64,000 bases of DNA from an uncultured delta proteobacterium (GTDB taxonomy: Bacteria; Myxococcota_A; Polyangia; Fen-1088). Where the stretch lies: positions 224,001 to 288,000 of the forward strand of contig CAVYGB010000010.1 in assembly GCA_963767925.1 (NCBI GenBank). The letters run 5' to 3'. Position numbers and translations under genes: made by a program. A model generated the notes under the pieces. That model worked only from the letters and a program-made list of their open reading frames with translations, did not search any database and was not told where the DNA came from. Of this stretch, positions 51,759 to 62,059 are shown in pieces. Every line of letters starts with the position of its first letter. Positions within the stretch are counted from its first letter, which is position 1.

Positions 51759-53443
51759 TGCACGATCCTCCCGTTGAGCTCGAACCCGGTGACCGACTCG
51801 ACAACCCCCGACTCCCAGTTGATGAAGCTGATGCGGCCCTCCGGGTGCTCCTGGCTGACGAACACCCGCTTGACCGCGTCGCCGAGCACGGCCAGCGTGA
51901 GCGGCGGGCTGCCGAGCGGGAACTCGTCGACGATGAAGCTGGCGAGGACGATCCGCTGCACCAGCCGGTTCTCGCGCACCAGCACGAAGGCCCGCGCGCC
52001 GTCGGGGGTGAGGGCCTGGGCGGTGATCTCGGCGGGGGTGAGCTGCAGCTTGGCGAAGCCGGTGGTGAGGTTGACGATCGTGTAGCCGTAGGAGCGATCG
52101 ATCTGCTGCTCCACATCGATGCCGAAGTCGCGGGGGTCGCCCGGGGCCTTGTCGTGCAGCAGGAGCGCGCTCTTGCCGTCGGGGGCGATGGCCACCGCGC
52201 GCACCGACTTCTTGAGAGGCACGGGCAGCGGCGGGGTGGTGGCGCTGTCGAGCCGGGCCAGCACCACCCGCTCGATGGGCGGGGCGCCCGCGGTGGTGTA
52301 GAGCACCGCCGTGTTGCCGTCGGCGCTGAGGGTGGCCGAGCCGAAGACCTCCCCGGTCAACACCCGTTTCGCCGGCGTGGCGCCGGCGGCGAAGCCGGCC
52401 GGGATGGCCAGCCGGGCGTAGGCGCTCTGCTGGCGCAGGACGGCCAGGGCGAAGGCGCCGCCGGGGGCCAGGTCGAGGTCGGTCACCGGCGCGCCGAGAT
52501 CGACCCGGGACACCGCGCTGGCTCCGGCCGGGGCGGCGAGATCGAGCAGCAGGACCTCCGAGGCGCCCTCCCGGCGGGCGATGGCGTAGCGACCATCGGG
52601 GGTGACCGAGACGTCGCGCGCCGCCGAGCCGCCGGCGCCGCCGTCGGGGAAACGCACGAAGGGGGCCACCGCGGCCGCCGCCACCTCGGCGAAGCGCAGG
52701 ATGGAGATCCCGTCCTCGGTGATCACGAAGGCGGCCCGGCCGTCGTCGGCGAACACCACCTCGCTCGGGCGAAAGCCGACGGTCAGGTCGACCGCCTTGT
52801 CGGCGCCCGGGGAGAGCGTGATGAGGGTGACCTCCTGGAACCCTCCCCCCGCCAGGCCGGCCGCGCCCGGCGCGGTGGCGTCGTACCAGGCCACGGCGTG
52901 GGTCCCCTGCCGGCCCACCGACACGCGGTTGGCGGCGGCGACCACCGGCACGCGCGAGACGGCGCTGGCCCCGGCGGCGTCGGTGCGGAGGATGTTGACG
53001 TCGCGGGTGCCGGCGTTGACCACCAGGGCGATGTCCTGCCCGGGCACGGTGGTGAGGTAGCCGGGCGAGTCGCCCACCGCCACGGTGCGAATGCCGAGGC
53101 CGGTCGAGTCGATGACCGAGACGTTGTCCCGCCGGCGGTTGGACACGTAGACGAAGCGGGCGCCGCCCCGGGGCGCCTCGAACTCCTGGCGCATCTCGAT
53201 CTCGGGCGGGGCCGGAGGTACCGCCGGCGGCTGCGCCGCCGGGCCGGGGGCCGGAGGCGGGGCTTGAGCCGGCGGCGGGTAGACCACCGGGGGCGCAGCA
53301 GGCGCCTGGCCGCCGGACGCGTTGCCGCGGGAGCCGTCCAGGTTGCCGGTGGTGCAGCCGGCGAGGGCAGCCCCAAGCAGGGCCAGCCCCAGCGTCTGAT
53401 GCCTCGTTCTCGACGATCGCCGTGTGGTCCGCTTGCTCCGCAT
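51755..53443 (-). CDS. Lipoprotein, YncE/YVTN-like beta-propeller
   Basis: LAGC lipobox; 'YVSNRRRDNVSVID..VAVGDSP'; repeated TPDG/APDG/ADDG blades. Confidence 0.8.
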   Translation of the reverse strand: MRSKRTTRRSSRTRHQTLGLALLGAALAGCTTGNLDGSRGNASGGQAPAAPPVVYPPPAQAPPPAPGPAAQPPAVPPAPPEIEMRQEFEAPRGGARFVYVSNRRRDNVSVIDSTGLGIRTVAVGDSPGYLTTVPGQDIALVVNAGTRDVNILRTDAAGASAVSRVPVVAAANRVSVGRQGTHAVAWYDATAPGAAGLAGGGFQEVTLITLSPGADKAVDLTVGFRPSEVVFADDGRAAFVITEDGISILRFAEVAAAAVAPFVRFPDGGAGGSAARDVSVTPDGRYAIARREGASEVLLLDLAAPAGASAVSRVDLGAPVTDLDLAPGGAFALAVLRQQSAYARLAIPAGFAAGATPAKRVLTGEVFGSATLSADGNTAVLYTTAGAPPIERVVLARLDSATTPPLPVPLKKSVRAVAIAPDGKSALLLHDKAPGDPRDFGIDVEQQIDRSYGYTIVNLTTGFAKLQLTPAEITAQALTPDGARAFVLVRENRLVQRIVLASFIVDEFPLGSPPLTLAVLGDAVKRVFVSQEHPEGRISFINWESGVVESVTGFELNGRIVQ

Positions 53444-53456
53444 GTCGGGGGGCCCA

Positions 53457-53472
53457 AGCAAGGGCCGTACCC
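53457..53472 (-). promoter_or_regulatory. Putative sigma54 -24/-12 promoter
   Basis: Minus strand GGGTACGGCCCTTGCT resembles TGGCAC-N5-TTGCW; predicted +1 lies about 3 nt before ATG 53443. Confidence 0.55.
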
Positions 53473-53551
53473 CTGGCGCCATGTCCGGCAAAGGGGCGGT
53501 CCGGCGTGACCGGACCGCGACAGGGATGTCGGGCGCGCGGGCCCGGGATCG

Positions 53552-55189
53552 CTACCTGGGCGCCGCCAGCGCCTTGCGGCGGGCGGCCTCGAACTCGTCG
53601 CCCGGCTTCCAGGCGGGGAGCTTGGGGTCGTTGGCGATGCGCAGGCCCACCCGCACCAGCAACTCGGCGTCCTGGATGGCCCCCGCCAGATCCCAGGTCT
53701 TCTCGTCGAACTGGTCGGAGGGCTGGTGGTAGTGGCTCTTCTCGTAGAGGTCGCGCTGCTCGCGACCCCACTCGGGCGGACGGCCGACGTAGGCCGGGCC
53801 GCCCCGGCCGTAGATGGCGGGCACGCCGATGCGGGCGAAGTTGAACTGGTCCGAGCGGTAAAAGGTCCCCTTCTCGGGGAAGGGATCGCCGTGGACGGTG
53901 CGTCCCTGGGCCCGGGCGGCGGCGTCCACGAGGGCGTCGAGCGACGACTTGCCGTAGCCGATGAACCCGAAGTCCTTGGTCCGCCCGTCCTTGTTGATGC
54001 TGTCGACGTTGATGTTGGCGGCGATGCGGCCGGGGGCCACGGTGGGGTTGCGGCAGTACCACTCGGACCCGAGCAGACCTTGCTCCTCGGCGGTCACGGT
54101 GAGGAACAGCAGCGAGCGACGGGGCCGGGGCCCCAGGCTGGCGGCCCGGGCCATCGCCAGCAGCAAGGCCACGCCCGAGGCGTTGTCGAGGGCCCCGTTG
54201 TAGAGGGCGTCGCCCGCCTTGCCGGTACGGATGCCGAGGTGATCGTGGTGGGCGGTGTAGACGACGACCTCGTCCCGGAGCTTCGGGTCGGCGCCGGGCA
54301 AGCGCCCCAGCACGTTGTCTCCCCCGATCCGGCGCACGGTGCTGGAGAAGGCGGCCGAGAGGGTCACGCCCAGCGGCACCGCCGGGTTGCCCCGCTTCTC
54401 GGCGGCGGCGCGCAGGGCATCGAGGTCCTTGCCGCCCAGGCTGGCGATCTTGCGGCTGGCCTCCTCGGTGGCCCACATGCGGGCCTGCAGCCGCGGCTCC
54501 TGGCCGGCGGGCAGCTCGAAGCGCTCGCCGGTGTTCGAGCTCTCCACCACCTGCCAGGGGTAGGCGGCCGACGGGACGGTGTGGATCACGATGGCCCCCA
54601 CCGCGCCGTGGCGGGCGGCCTCCAGGTACTTGTAGTCCCAGCGCCCGTACCACAGGCGGGTCTTGCCGGCGAACAGCGCCGGGTCGGACTCCGGGTCGCT
54701 GTTCATCACCAGCACGACCTTGCCCTTGACGTCGACGCCCTGGTAATCGTCCCACTGGAACTCGGGGGCCACGATGCCGTAGCCGACGAACACCACCTCG
54801 GTGTCGGCGATGCGGGCCTGGCCGCTCTGGTTGCCGGCGATGAGCACGAGCTCGCTCGGCACCGCCAGCTCGGAGGACTTGCCACCGGCCTTGATCGTCA
54901 CCGTCTTCGGCGCCGTGGGGGTGATGCCCACCAGGGGGACCTTCTGGAAGAAGGTGCCGTCCTCGCCGGCCGGCTCCAGCCCCAGCGCCTCCATCTGGGC
55001 GGCGATGTAGCGGGTGGCGAGCTGCTCACCCCGGGAGGCGGGCGCCCTGCCCTCCAGCAGATCGTCGGAGAGGAAGCGGATGTGCGGCACGATGTCCTGC
55101 GCGCGCACGGGCCCCGCCTTCTGGGCGAGGACCGGACCGGCCAGGGAAACGAGCCACGTGGTCACGAGCAAGCGGGTGGCCTTCGTCAT
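53552..55189 (-). CDS. M28 family peptidase with PA domain
   Basis: TAHHDHLG, GALDNASG, AEEQGLLGS, RSDQ, YHQPSD. Confidence 0.93.
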   Translation of the reverse strand: MTKATRLLVTTWLVSLAGPVLAQKAGPVRAQDIVPHIRFLSDDLLEGRAPASRGEQLATRYIAAQMEALGLEPAGEDGTFFQKVPLVGITPTAPKTVTIKAGGKSSELAVPSELVLIAGNQSGQARIADTEVVFVGYGIVAPEFQWDDYQGVDVKGKVVLVMNSDPESDPALFAGKTRLWYGRWDYKYLEAARHGAVGAIVIHTVPSAAYPWQVVESSNTGERFELPAGQEPRLQARMWATEEASRKIASLGGKDLDALRAAAEKRGNPAVPLGVTLSAAFSSTVRRIGGDNVLGRLPGADPKLRDEVVVYTAHHDHLGIRTGKAGDALYNGALDNASGVALLLAMARAASLGPRPRRSLLFLTVTAEEQGLLGSEWYCRNPTVAPGRIAANINVDSINKDGRTKDFGFIGYGKSSLDALVDAAARAQGRTVHGDPFPEKGTFYRSDQFNFARIGVPAIYGRGGPAYVGRPPEWGREQRDLYEKSHYHQPSDQFDEKTWDLAGAIQDAELLVRVGLRIANDPKLPAWKPGDEFEAARRKALAAPR

Positions 55190-55273
55190 CCGCCCTGCTT
55201 ACCACGGGCCGGGCCCCCTCAGATCCGGGCGATTGACCGGAGTTGCCAGCGGAGACGCCACCTTACCCAGCGC

Positions 55274-55597
55274 TCACGGCTTCGGCTTGCGCACGGCCTC
55301 GACGAGCTTGGCGAACTTCGCCTCGGCGTCGGCGGTCAGCTTGCTGTAGTCGTCGTCGGCGGTGTGGCAGTCGTCGCACTCGAACTTCACGCCCGCCTTG
55401 CGCCCGTCCCGCAACATCTCCTTCATGGTCGCCTTGGCGCCCTTCAGGCCGGACTCGCGGCAAGCCTTGTCGACCGGCGAGTCGGTGCCGGTGGCCCGCT
55501 TGCACGGATCGGGACCTTTGTAGGGGCTCGGCTGGGCCAGCAGCACGGACGACGAGCCGACCAGCACCAGGACGATCAGCGAGAGGACCTTGCGCAC
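55274..55597 (-). CDS. Small exported mono-heme c-type cytochrome
   Basis: Signal peptide, CDDCH motif, two additional Cys. Confidence 0.7.
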   Translation of the reverse strand: MRKVLSLIVLVLVGSSSVLLAQPSPYKGPDPCKRATGTDSPVDKACRESGLKGAKATMKEMLRDGRKAGVKFECDDCHTADDDYSKLTADAEAKFAKLVEAVRKPKP

Positions 55598-55640
55598 GCC
55601 CCGGATGATACAACGAGCGCGGGGCGGGGCCGCTCTGAGC

Positions 55641-57728
55641 TCAGGCCGCTTCGCGACGCAGCTCGTCGCCGAAGAGCAGCTCCATGAGGCTGGCCGCCTC
55701 CGCCTTCATGCCGGTGGCGTGGGGGGCCAGCGCGGCGGCGAACTGCTCGGCGCTCTGGAAGCGGGCCCCGGGGTCGACCGCCAGCGCGCGCAGGAGGATC
55801 TCGGCGGCGGGCGGCGGGACCCGGCGGAGGGCCTCCAGGTCCTCGGGGCTGGGGCCACAGGCGGCGCGGTAGAGGATGTCGAGGTCGTTGTCGCCGGTGT
55901 AAAGGAGCTGGTTCGTCAGCAGGAAGTAGATCACCAGGCCGAGCGAGAACAGGTCGCTGCGCCGGTCGACCGACTGGCCCCGGGCCTGCTCGGGCGACAT
56001 GAAGTTCGCGTTCCCCTTGACCATGCCGGCCTGGGTCTGGCTCTGGCGGCGGTTGGCCTTGGCGATGCCGAAGTCGAACAGCTTCACCTCGCCGGCCGAC
56101 GACAGCATGACGTTGCTGGCCGAGACGTCCCGGTGAACGATGCCGAGGGGCTCGCCGTCGCGCCCCTTCTTGCCGTGCGAGTAGGACAAGGCCTGCAGGG
56201 TCTCGTAGGCCATGAAATAGACCAGGCGGGGATCGAGGCGGAAGCCGGTGCGCTCCACGCAGCGGCTCGACACGCGGGCCAGGTCGCGGCCCAGGATGTA
56301 CTCCTCGATCATGAAATATTCGCCGCCCATCATGCCGAAGTCGAACACCTGCACGATGTTCGAGTGGGCCAGGCTGGCCTGCACCCGGGCCTCGTCGATG
56401 AACTGGTTGACCGCCTCCTTGTTGTGGGCCAGCTCGGGGCGCAGCCGCTTGATGACGAAGGTGCGGGAGAAGCCCTCCGCCCCGTGGGCCACGGCGGTGT
56501 AGACCTCGGACATGCCGCCCGAGCCCAGCCGCTCGAGGATGCGGTAGCGGCCGAACAGCTTGGAGGTCTCCTCGGAGACCGGCACAACCGTCACCGGCAT
56601 CTCGGCGGCGGCGTCGACCTGGGTGTCGGGCAGATCGGTCGGCAGATCGGAGTGGATGTCGATCGGGGGTGGGGGCAGCGGCTGCGGCGGAGGCAAGGCC
56701 CGGCGGTGGTGCTGGCGCGAGAGCCCGGGCTGCGAGCTGGTGACCGCCCGGATCGGGCCGGAGACCGAGCCCAGCACGGGGCCCACCCGGTGGTGGGTGA
56801 CCCGGGGGTGGCTGCTGCTGGTGCCGAAGGGCAAGGTCGGCTCGGGCTCCACCTCGTAGGCCGGAGCGAAGGTGGGAGGCCGACGGGGCCCACTTCGAAG
56901 CAGGAGGAGGGCCAGACCGGCCACGCCGAGCGCGCCCGCGCCCCCGAAGAGGACGTTGCGGGGGCTGGCGGCGGGAGCGGCCACCGCTGTCGAGCGAGCC
57001 GCCCAGAGGCTCATGGTCTTCGACAGGGGGATGCGGGCCGCCTCCCGGCCGCTCTTGCCATCGATCACGGTGGCGGTGTCGACCCGCCGCACGAGGCTCT
57101 CCAGGAACTCGCGGTGATCCTCGGACCCGGCCATCAGCAGGGGCGACCGGCCGTCGGTCAAGACGAGCGACAGCTTGGTGCGGGCCGCCACCCCTTCGAG
57201 CATCTTGAGCTCCAGCGGCATGGCCAGCACCACCACCGGATCGCCCTTCATGTTGAGGTCGACCCGCGCCGCAGCGATGACCAGCGGGCGCCCGCCGACC
57301 GCCACCACCTCACCGGCCTGCTGGTTGCGGCGAGCCCCCGCCACCACCGACTGGTCGAAGGTGCCGAGGTCGACCGGGCCGTGGTGGGCCACCGAGTCGC
57401 CCACCACCACCCGCGAGGCGATCACCTCGTCGCGGTAGGGGCGCCACCAGTCCTCGGTGGCGAACAGATCGATCAGGGTGGCGGCGTCGACTCTGGAGGA
57501 GAGCGCGGCCCGCAGCGGCTCGAGTCCGGCCGCCATCCTGGCCCGTGACCGGAGGAACTCGAGCTCCATGGCGAGGCCGGCGGCCGCCGTCTGGGCGGCC
57601 CGGGTGACGGTGCTGGCGTTGTCGGTCACCGGCGGGGGAGCCGAGCCCCGGCTCCAGCCGACCATGCCGACCACGGCTGCGCCGACGATCAGCAGCACGC
57701 CGAGCGCGATCCTGAGCTTGCCGATCAT
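55641..57728 (-). CDS. Membrane Ser/Thr protein kinase with periplasmic (Cache-like) domain
   Basis: Two TM helices flanking ~230 aa; LGSGGMSEVY, VIKR, HRDVSASN, DFG and SPE all intact. Confidence 0.92.
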   Translation of the reverse strand: MIGKLRIALGVLLIVGAAVVGMVGWSRGSAPPPVTDNASTVTRAAQTAAAGLAMELEFLRSRARMAAGLEPLRAALSSRVDAATLIDLFATEDWWRPYRDEVIASRVVVGDSVAHHGPVDLGTFDQSVVAGARRNQQAGEVVAVGGRPLVIAAARVDLNMKGDPVVVLAMPLELKMLEGVAARTKLSLVLTDGRSPLLMAGSEDHREFLESLVRRVDTATVIDGKSGREAARIPLSKTMSLWAARSTAVAAPAASPRNVLFGGAGALGVAGLALLLLRSGPRRPPTFAPAYEVEPEPTLPFGTSSSHPRVTHHRVGPVLGSVSGPIRAVTSSQPGLSRQHHRRALPPPQPLPPPPIDIHSDLPTDLPDTQVDAAAEMPVTVVPVSEETSKLFGRYRILERLGSGGMSEVYTAVAHGAEGFSRTFVIKRLRPELAHNKEAVNQFIDEARVQASLAHSNIVQVFDFGMMGGEYFMIEEYILGRDLARVSSRCVERTGFRLDPRLVYFMAYETLQALSYSHGKKGRDGEPLGIVHRDVSASNVMLSSAGEVKLFDFGIAKANRRQSQTQAGMVKGNANFMSPEQARGQSVDRRSDLFSLGLVIYFLLTNQLLYTGDNDLDILYRAACGPSPEDLEALRRVPPPAAEILLRALAVDPGARFQSAEQFAAALAPHATGMKAEAASLMELLFGDELRREAA

Positions 57729-57747
57729 CCGTTGGTCTCCCCGCGCT

Positions 57748-58686
57748 TCACTCTTTGTACGATCCGTAGGGAATGCCCAGCTTGTTGCTGTGGGCCTTCT
57801 GGTCCGTGTATTCCATGTCGAAGGCGACCCGCGAGGCCATGCCCGAGCCCACCTCCACCTTCTGCTGGATAGGCTTGAGGCTGGGGCTCCAGGCCACGAT
57901 CGAGCGCATGCCCGCCGGGACCCCCTCGAGGCGGAAGCTGCCGTCGGGGCGCACCCGGGTGTAGAGCTTGCTCGGCACCACCAGGACGTGGGCGCTCATG
58001 CGCTGGTGGATGTTGCAGTAGATGTCCACCACCCCGGGGGTGTTGAACACCGCCGAGCGGGTCTGGTCACCGGCCCGGTAGCTGCCGAGATCGAACCCGT
58101 TGCGGGGGGAGTTCGAGAAGACGTTGTGGAAGATCGGATCGAGATTGGGGAAGCTCACCGAGGTGCCGATGGGGACCACCTGCACCCGGGGGATGAACTG
58201 CTTGTTCTCCTGCTTGATCTCGACGGCCTTGCCCCGCACGGGCGGGCCCCGAAAGTTCTCGACGTAGACGTAGAGCTCGGAGGTGTCGCCCCCCGGCACC
58301 TTGACCCGGCCCTCGACCACCCCGAAGCGCGACTCGGCCCGTTCGGGCGGCGGTCGGTTGGCGGTCAAGGTGGCGCCGCTCCGGGGCCGGTCGTTGTCCC
58401 CGCTGGCGGCCGGGGCCGGGGCGGGGGTGGCAGGCGTGGCGGTGGCGGTGCTGGCGGCCCCGCTCTGCAGCAAGCGCAGCAACATGTCGTAGCGCTGCTG
58501 CTCGGTCTGCATGAGCTGGATCACCATCTGGCGCTGCTCGCGCACCTCGGCCTCGAGCGCGCGAAACTCGCTCCAGGTCGGGCCCGGCCGCCCGGGCGGG
58601 TCGCCCTTCTGGGCCAGGACCGGCCGCACGCCCGTGGCGAACACCGCCGCCAGGGCGAGACGCGCCATCACGTTCTTTCTCCCCAT
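57748..58686 (-). CDS. Exported protein: coiled coil + cupredoxin-like + carboxypeptidase-regulatory-like domains
   Basis: 'FPNLDPIFHNVFS', 'IYCNIHQRM', 'DGSFRLEGVPAG'. Confidence 0.82.
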   Translation of the reverse strand: MGRKNVMARLALAAVFATGVRPVLAQKGDPPGRPGPTWSEFRALEAEVREQRQMVIQLMQTEQQRYDMLLRLLQSGAASTATATPATPAPAPAASGDNDRPRSGATLTANRPPPERAESRFGVVEGRVKVPGGDTSELYVYVENFRGPPVRGKAVEIKQENKQFIPRVQVVPIGTSVSFPNLDPIFHNVFSNSPRNGFDLGSYRAGDQTRSAVFNTPGVVDIYCNIHQRMSAHVLVVPSKLYTRVRPDGSFRLEGVPAGMRSIVAWSPSLKPIQQKVEVGSGMASRVAFDMEYTDQKAHSNKLGIPYGSYKE

Positions 58687-58703
58687 GACGATTGCTTCTC
58701 CTC

Positions 58704-60215
58704 TCAATTGGAAAAGACCAGCGACGACGTGAACATGTCGTTCCTGATCTCGGGAATGCCTCCGTATTCGCCGTTGCGGAGGTATTCCGCCTTCAGCACG
58801 ATCCGTTCGTTGAAGACCACCTTGATCCCGCCGGTGGCCCGCCAGGACTTGGTCAGGTAAGCGCGGTTGGCGCCGTCGGGGGCGGTGGGGTCGCCCAGCC
58901 AGACGAAGGCGTCCCGATACTCCACCCGACCCAGCACGCCCATCCAGGGCGTCACCATGAGATCGGCCTCCAGGTAGCCGCCGCCGTGCAGGTCCAGGCC
59001 GTACACGTTGTCTACCGGGCGGCCGGGCGCCTTGCCCTTGAGGAACTGGGCCTTGAGGTCGAGGGGGCCGATCTGGGAGAGCAGGTCGAGGCCCAGGAAG
59101 ACCATCTCGCCCCGGCTGTCGAGGGCCCGGTCCTGGGCTCCGTAAGAGCCCGAGGCCCCCAGCTCCAGCTCGAAGGGGAGCGGCAAGCGCATGGCGATGC
59201 GACCGCTGAGGGTCTTGCCGGCGTTGGTGTCGATCTCGTCGAAGAAGTGGAACTGCTCCTGGGTATTCGAGCCGTTGGTGATGCCCCCGGCCAGCACGAG
59301 GAAGTCGTTGGGCCCGAACTTGCTGCGCAGCTTGAGCCCCAGGGCGGTGCCGGTGGTGTAGCGGGCCAGCAGCGAGGGGGTGATGCCAAAGCGGTTGTTG
59401 GCCTTGCGGTCCCGGTACTCCACCCCCAGCAGCGAATCGAACTTGCCGATGAACAGCGAGGTCTTGCCCGAGTCGGTGAGCACCCACTCGACCTGGGCCA
59501 GGTCGAGGTCGATGAAGTCGCCGATGGCGAAGTCGCCGCCGGTGCGGGGCACGAAGTTCACGCTCACCGTCGCCAGCACCGCCTCGGTTATGCCCGAGCT
59601 GAGGGTCAGGTTTATCTCGTTGGCGATGAAGCCGGGCGCTCCCCGCGAGTGGATGCTGTCGAAGCGGGTGGCGCCGGCGGCCTGACCCAGGTCGGCCACC
59701 TCGCCGCGGGAGTTTACCGCGGGGGCCAGCAGATCGCCGAGGAAGACCCAGCCGTATTGGCCCTCGTACTGGGGGAACAGCTCGTTGCCGTTGTCCCGCA
59801 TGATGCCCGAGCCGTCCCCCTGGGGAACGAAGAAGCCGAAGTCGACGTAGCCGCCGAGGTTGACCGAGGGGCGCCGCTTGCTGATCAGCTCCTGGGTCTG
59901 CTCGATCCGGTTCTCCAGCTCCTTGAGGCGGGCGAGCGGGTCCTCGAGCGGCTCGGGCTCGCTGAGCTGGGTCTCCTCGGCGACCTGCCCCGGTCCGGGG
60001 ATGGGGCGCATGGGCGTGGGGACCTGGGGGTAAGGCGGGAAGCCGGGAGGCGGGACGGTGTAGCTGGGCGGGGGGGAGCCTTGCCGCTGGGCCAGGGCGG
60101 GCTTGGCGGCGGCCTCCTTGGCGGGGGCGGCGGCGGCGGGATCGGGCAGGGCGGTGGCGCAGAGGGCGGTGGCGGCGACTCCGAACCAGCGCATCGGGGC
60201 GGTCAGTAGGGCCAT
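58704..60215 (-). CDS. Putative outer-membrane porin
   Basis: Signal, Pro-rich linker, short coiled coil, beta-strand-rich body ('LGGYVDFGF', 'GKFDSLLGVEY', 'LKAEY'); start 60215 or 60194. Confidence 0.72.
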   Translation of the reverse strand: MALLTAPMRWFGVAATALCATALPDPAAAAPAKEAAAKPALAQRQGSPPPSYTVPPPGFPPYPQVPTPMRPIPGPGQVAEETQLSEPEPLEDPLARLKELENRIEQTQELISKRRPSVNLGGYVDFGFFVPQGDGSGIMRDNGNELFPQYEGQYGWVFLGDLLAPAVNSRGEVADLGQAAGATRFDSIHSRGAPGFIANEINLTLSSGITEAVLATVSVNFVPRTGGDFAIGDFIDLDLAQVEWVLTDSGKTSLFIGKFDSLLGVEYRDRKANNRFGITPSLLARYTTGTALGLKLRSKFGPNDFLVLAGGITNGSNTQEQFHFFDEIDTNAGKTLSGRIAMRLPLPFELELGASGSYGAQDRALDSRGEMVFLGLDLLSQIGPLDLKAQFLKGKAPGRPVDNVYGLDLHGGGYLEADLMVTPWMGVLGRVEYRDAFVWLGDPTAPDGANRAYLTKSWRATGGIKVVFNERIVLKAEYLRNGEYGGIPEIRNDMFTSSLVFSN

Positions 60216-61829
60216 TTGGGAACGTCCGTCCATCTGGGCAGCTCGGGGGCGCTGATGGCTTCGACCGGCAGGGGGGCGCCCGTGAGGGACTTCAGGAAGG
60301 CGATGAGGTCGGCCTTTTCCCGCTCGGTCAGAAGGAGAGGTTTGATCTGGGACGAGCGGCTGCCCGGCGCGCTCGAAGATCCCCCCTGGTTGTAGTGTTC
60401 GATCACTTCTTCCAGCGTGGCCAGGGCTCCGTTGTGCATGTAAGGCGCGGTCAGGGTCACGTTGCGCAGCGAGGGCGTCCGCCAGGCTCCCTTGGAGACC
60501 GTCTCCATCGCCATGTCGTGCCAGTACTTGCGGGAGGTGTCGCTGCGATCGTCGCTGTAGACCGAGTCCTTCCGCCAGCGGTTCGACTTGAGCTTGTACA
60601 GGCCATCGGCCGCGCCCCAGGGCAGGCAGTTGTTTCCCGCGTGGTCGGCCGAGACCGTCACGCAGTCGCACACCCCGCCCGCCGGGCAGTCGGCCTCGGT
60701 GGGAACGCCGGGGCCCACCTGGGGCACCCCGACGTTGTGGAACTTGCTGTCCGAGAGCAGGGCCGTGTTGTGGCACTCGTTGCAGGCGGCCTTGCCGATG
60801 AACAGGCGGGCCCCCCGCTCGGCGGCGTCGGAGAAGCCGCTGAGGTCGCGGGGCGTCCCCTCGCGGATCGAGCTGACGTAGCGATCGAAGGGGGCGTTGC
60901 GGCTCACGAGGGTGAACTCGTACGCTGCCACCGCCTTGGCCACGTTGACCATGACCCAGGTGACGGCGCTCTGGTCGTTGCCGTCCATGCAGTCGAAGGC
61001 GTCGCCCCAGGGCTCGCTGGTGGTGCCCGGCTGGCAGCCCGCCTTGCTGCCGGGCTTGCCCTCCAGGGGGAAGCGGGGAAAACAGCCGGGTGCCCCGGTC
61101 TCGCTGTCGGCCACCGCCCGGCACTCGGCGGGGCAGCCGGGGTTGAGCCGGCACTGCCCGGCCCGGGCGCCGCTGGTCTCGATGAGCGCCTCGACCTGGG
61201 CGCGGCTGGTGGTCATCGGCAGGGGGTGGTCGGTGAAGAGGGCGGCGTGTTCCTCGCGGTACAGCTCGGCGACCGTCCAGGCCGTGCGCAGGCGGTTGCC
61301 GTTCATGTTGCTCCCCTCGAGCGAGTTCATCACCTGCGCCCAGAGGGAGTCGGCTCGCCCGTTCCAGTAGGCGATGCCGTAGAAGGCGGAGTTGTGCGAT
61401 CGGCAGGGCGTTCGTGTCGGCCCAGGCCGCGCCGATCGAGACGTTACCGGGCAGCGACTCGGTGTCGGCCCCGGCCCGGCCGAGGTTGTGGCAGCTCGCG
61501 CACGACAGGTCGGTGGGCAGGCCCCGGCCCGCGCGGGCGTAGCCCACCGGCCGGCGCAGCACGTCCACCAGGGTGGAGGGGCCGGACATGCGGGTGTCGA
61601 AGAAGAGCTGCTGGCCGAGGGTCTCGGCCACCTTGTTGCCGACGTACTTGTTGGAGCGATCGGGGGCCGGCTTCTCGGGCAAGTTGGCCAGGAGCGACAG
61701 CGCGCCGACCTCCTCGGCCGTCCAGCCGCAGCCCGCGGTCCGCTCGCAGAACCACGAGTCCGCGGCCTGATCGCAGGCCGAGCTCAGGAGCGCACCCGTC
61801 AGCATCGAAACCAGCCATCCTCGCCGCAT
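60203..61829 (-). CDS. Di-heme cytochrome c peroxidase/MauG family lipoprotein, one frameshift
   Basis: LSSAC lipobox, LGQQLFFD, CASCH, +1 shift near 61397, then YWNGRADSLWAQ, CNECH, TPSLRNVTLTAPYMHNG. Confidence 0.88.
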
Positions 61830-62059
61830 GAGACCTCGCCGATTCTTTGGCCGGTGGGTAGGTGACGATGGGCAGTGCCTCCCTCCGACACGGTTTCTTA
61901 TCGGCGCGCCCCTCGATATCTGAAGCTCCAGGCCAGACCGGAGTCCGCCGCCTTGCGCCCAGCAAGCACAGCGGTTTTCGCGCGAGGGTGTGTGGCCGGC
62001 GCCCACCGGACAGCGGGACCTGTCTCACCTCGGGTCCCCGCTGTGTATAGTGCACGACC

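Noticed and set aside
50127..54755. 1542-aa ORF
   Set aside because: Only the last 543 codons (from 51758) look real; the rest is an off-frame read of the M28 peptidase and propeller genes.
58704..62006. Apparent 1100-aa peroxidase-porin fusion
   Set aside because: Artefact of the frameshift near 61397; the peroxidase ends at 60203 and the porin has its own signal peptide.
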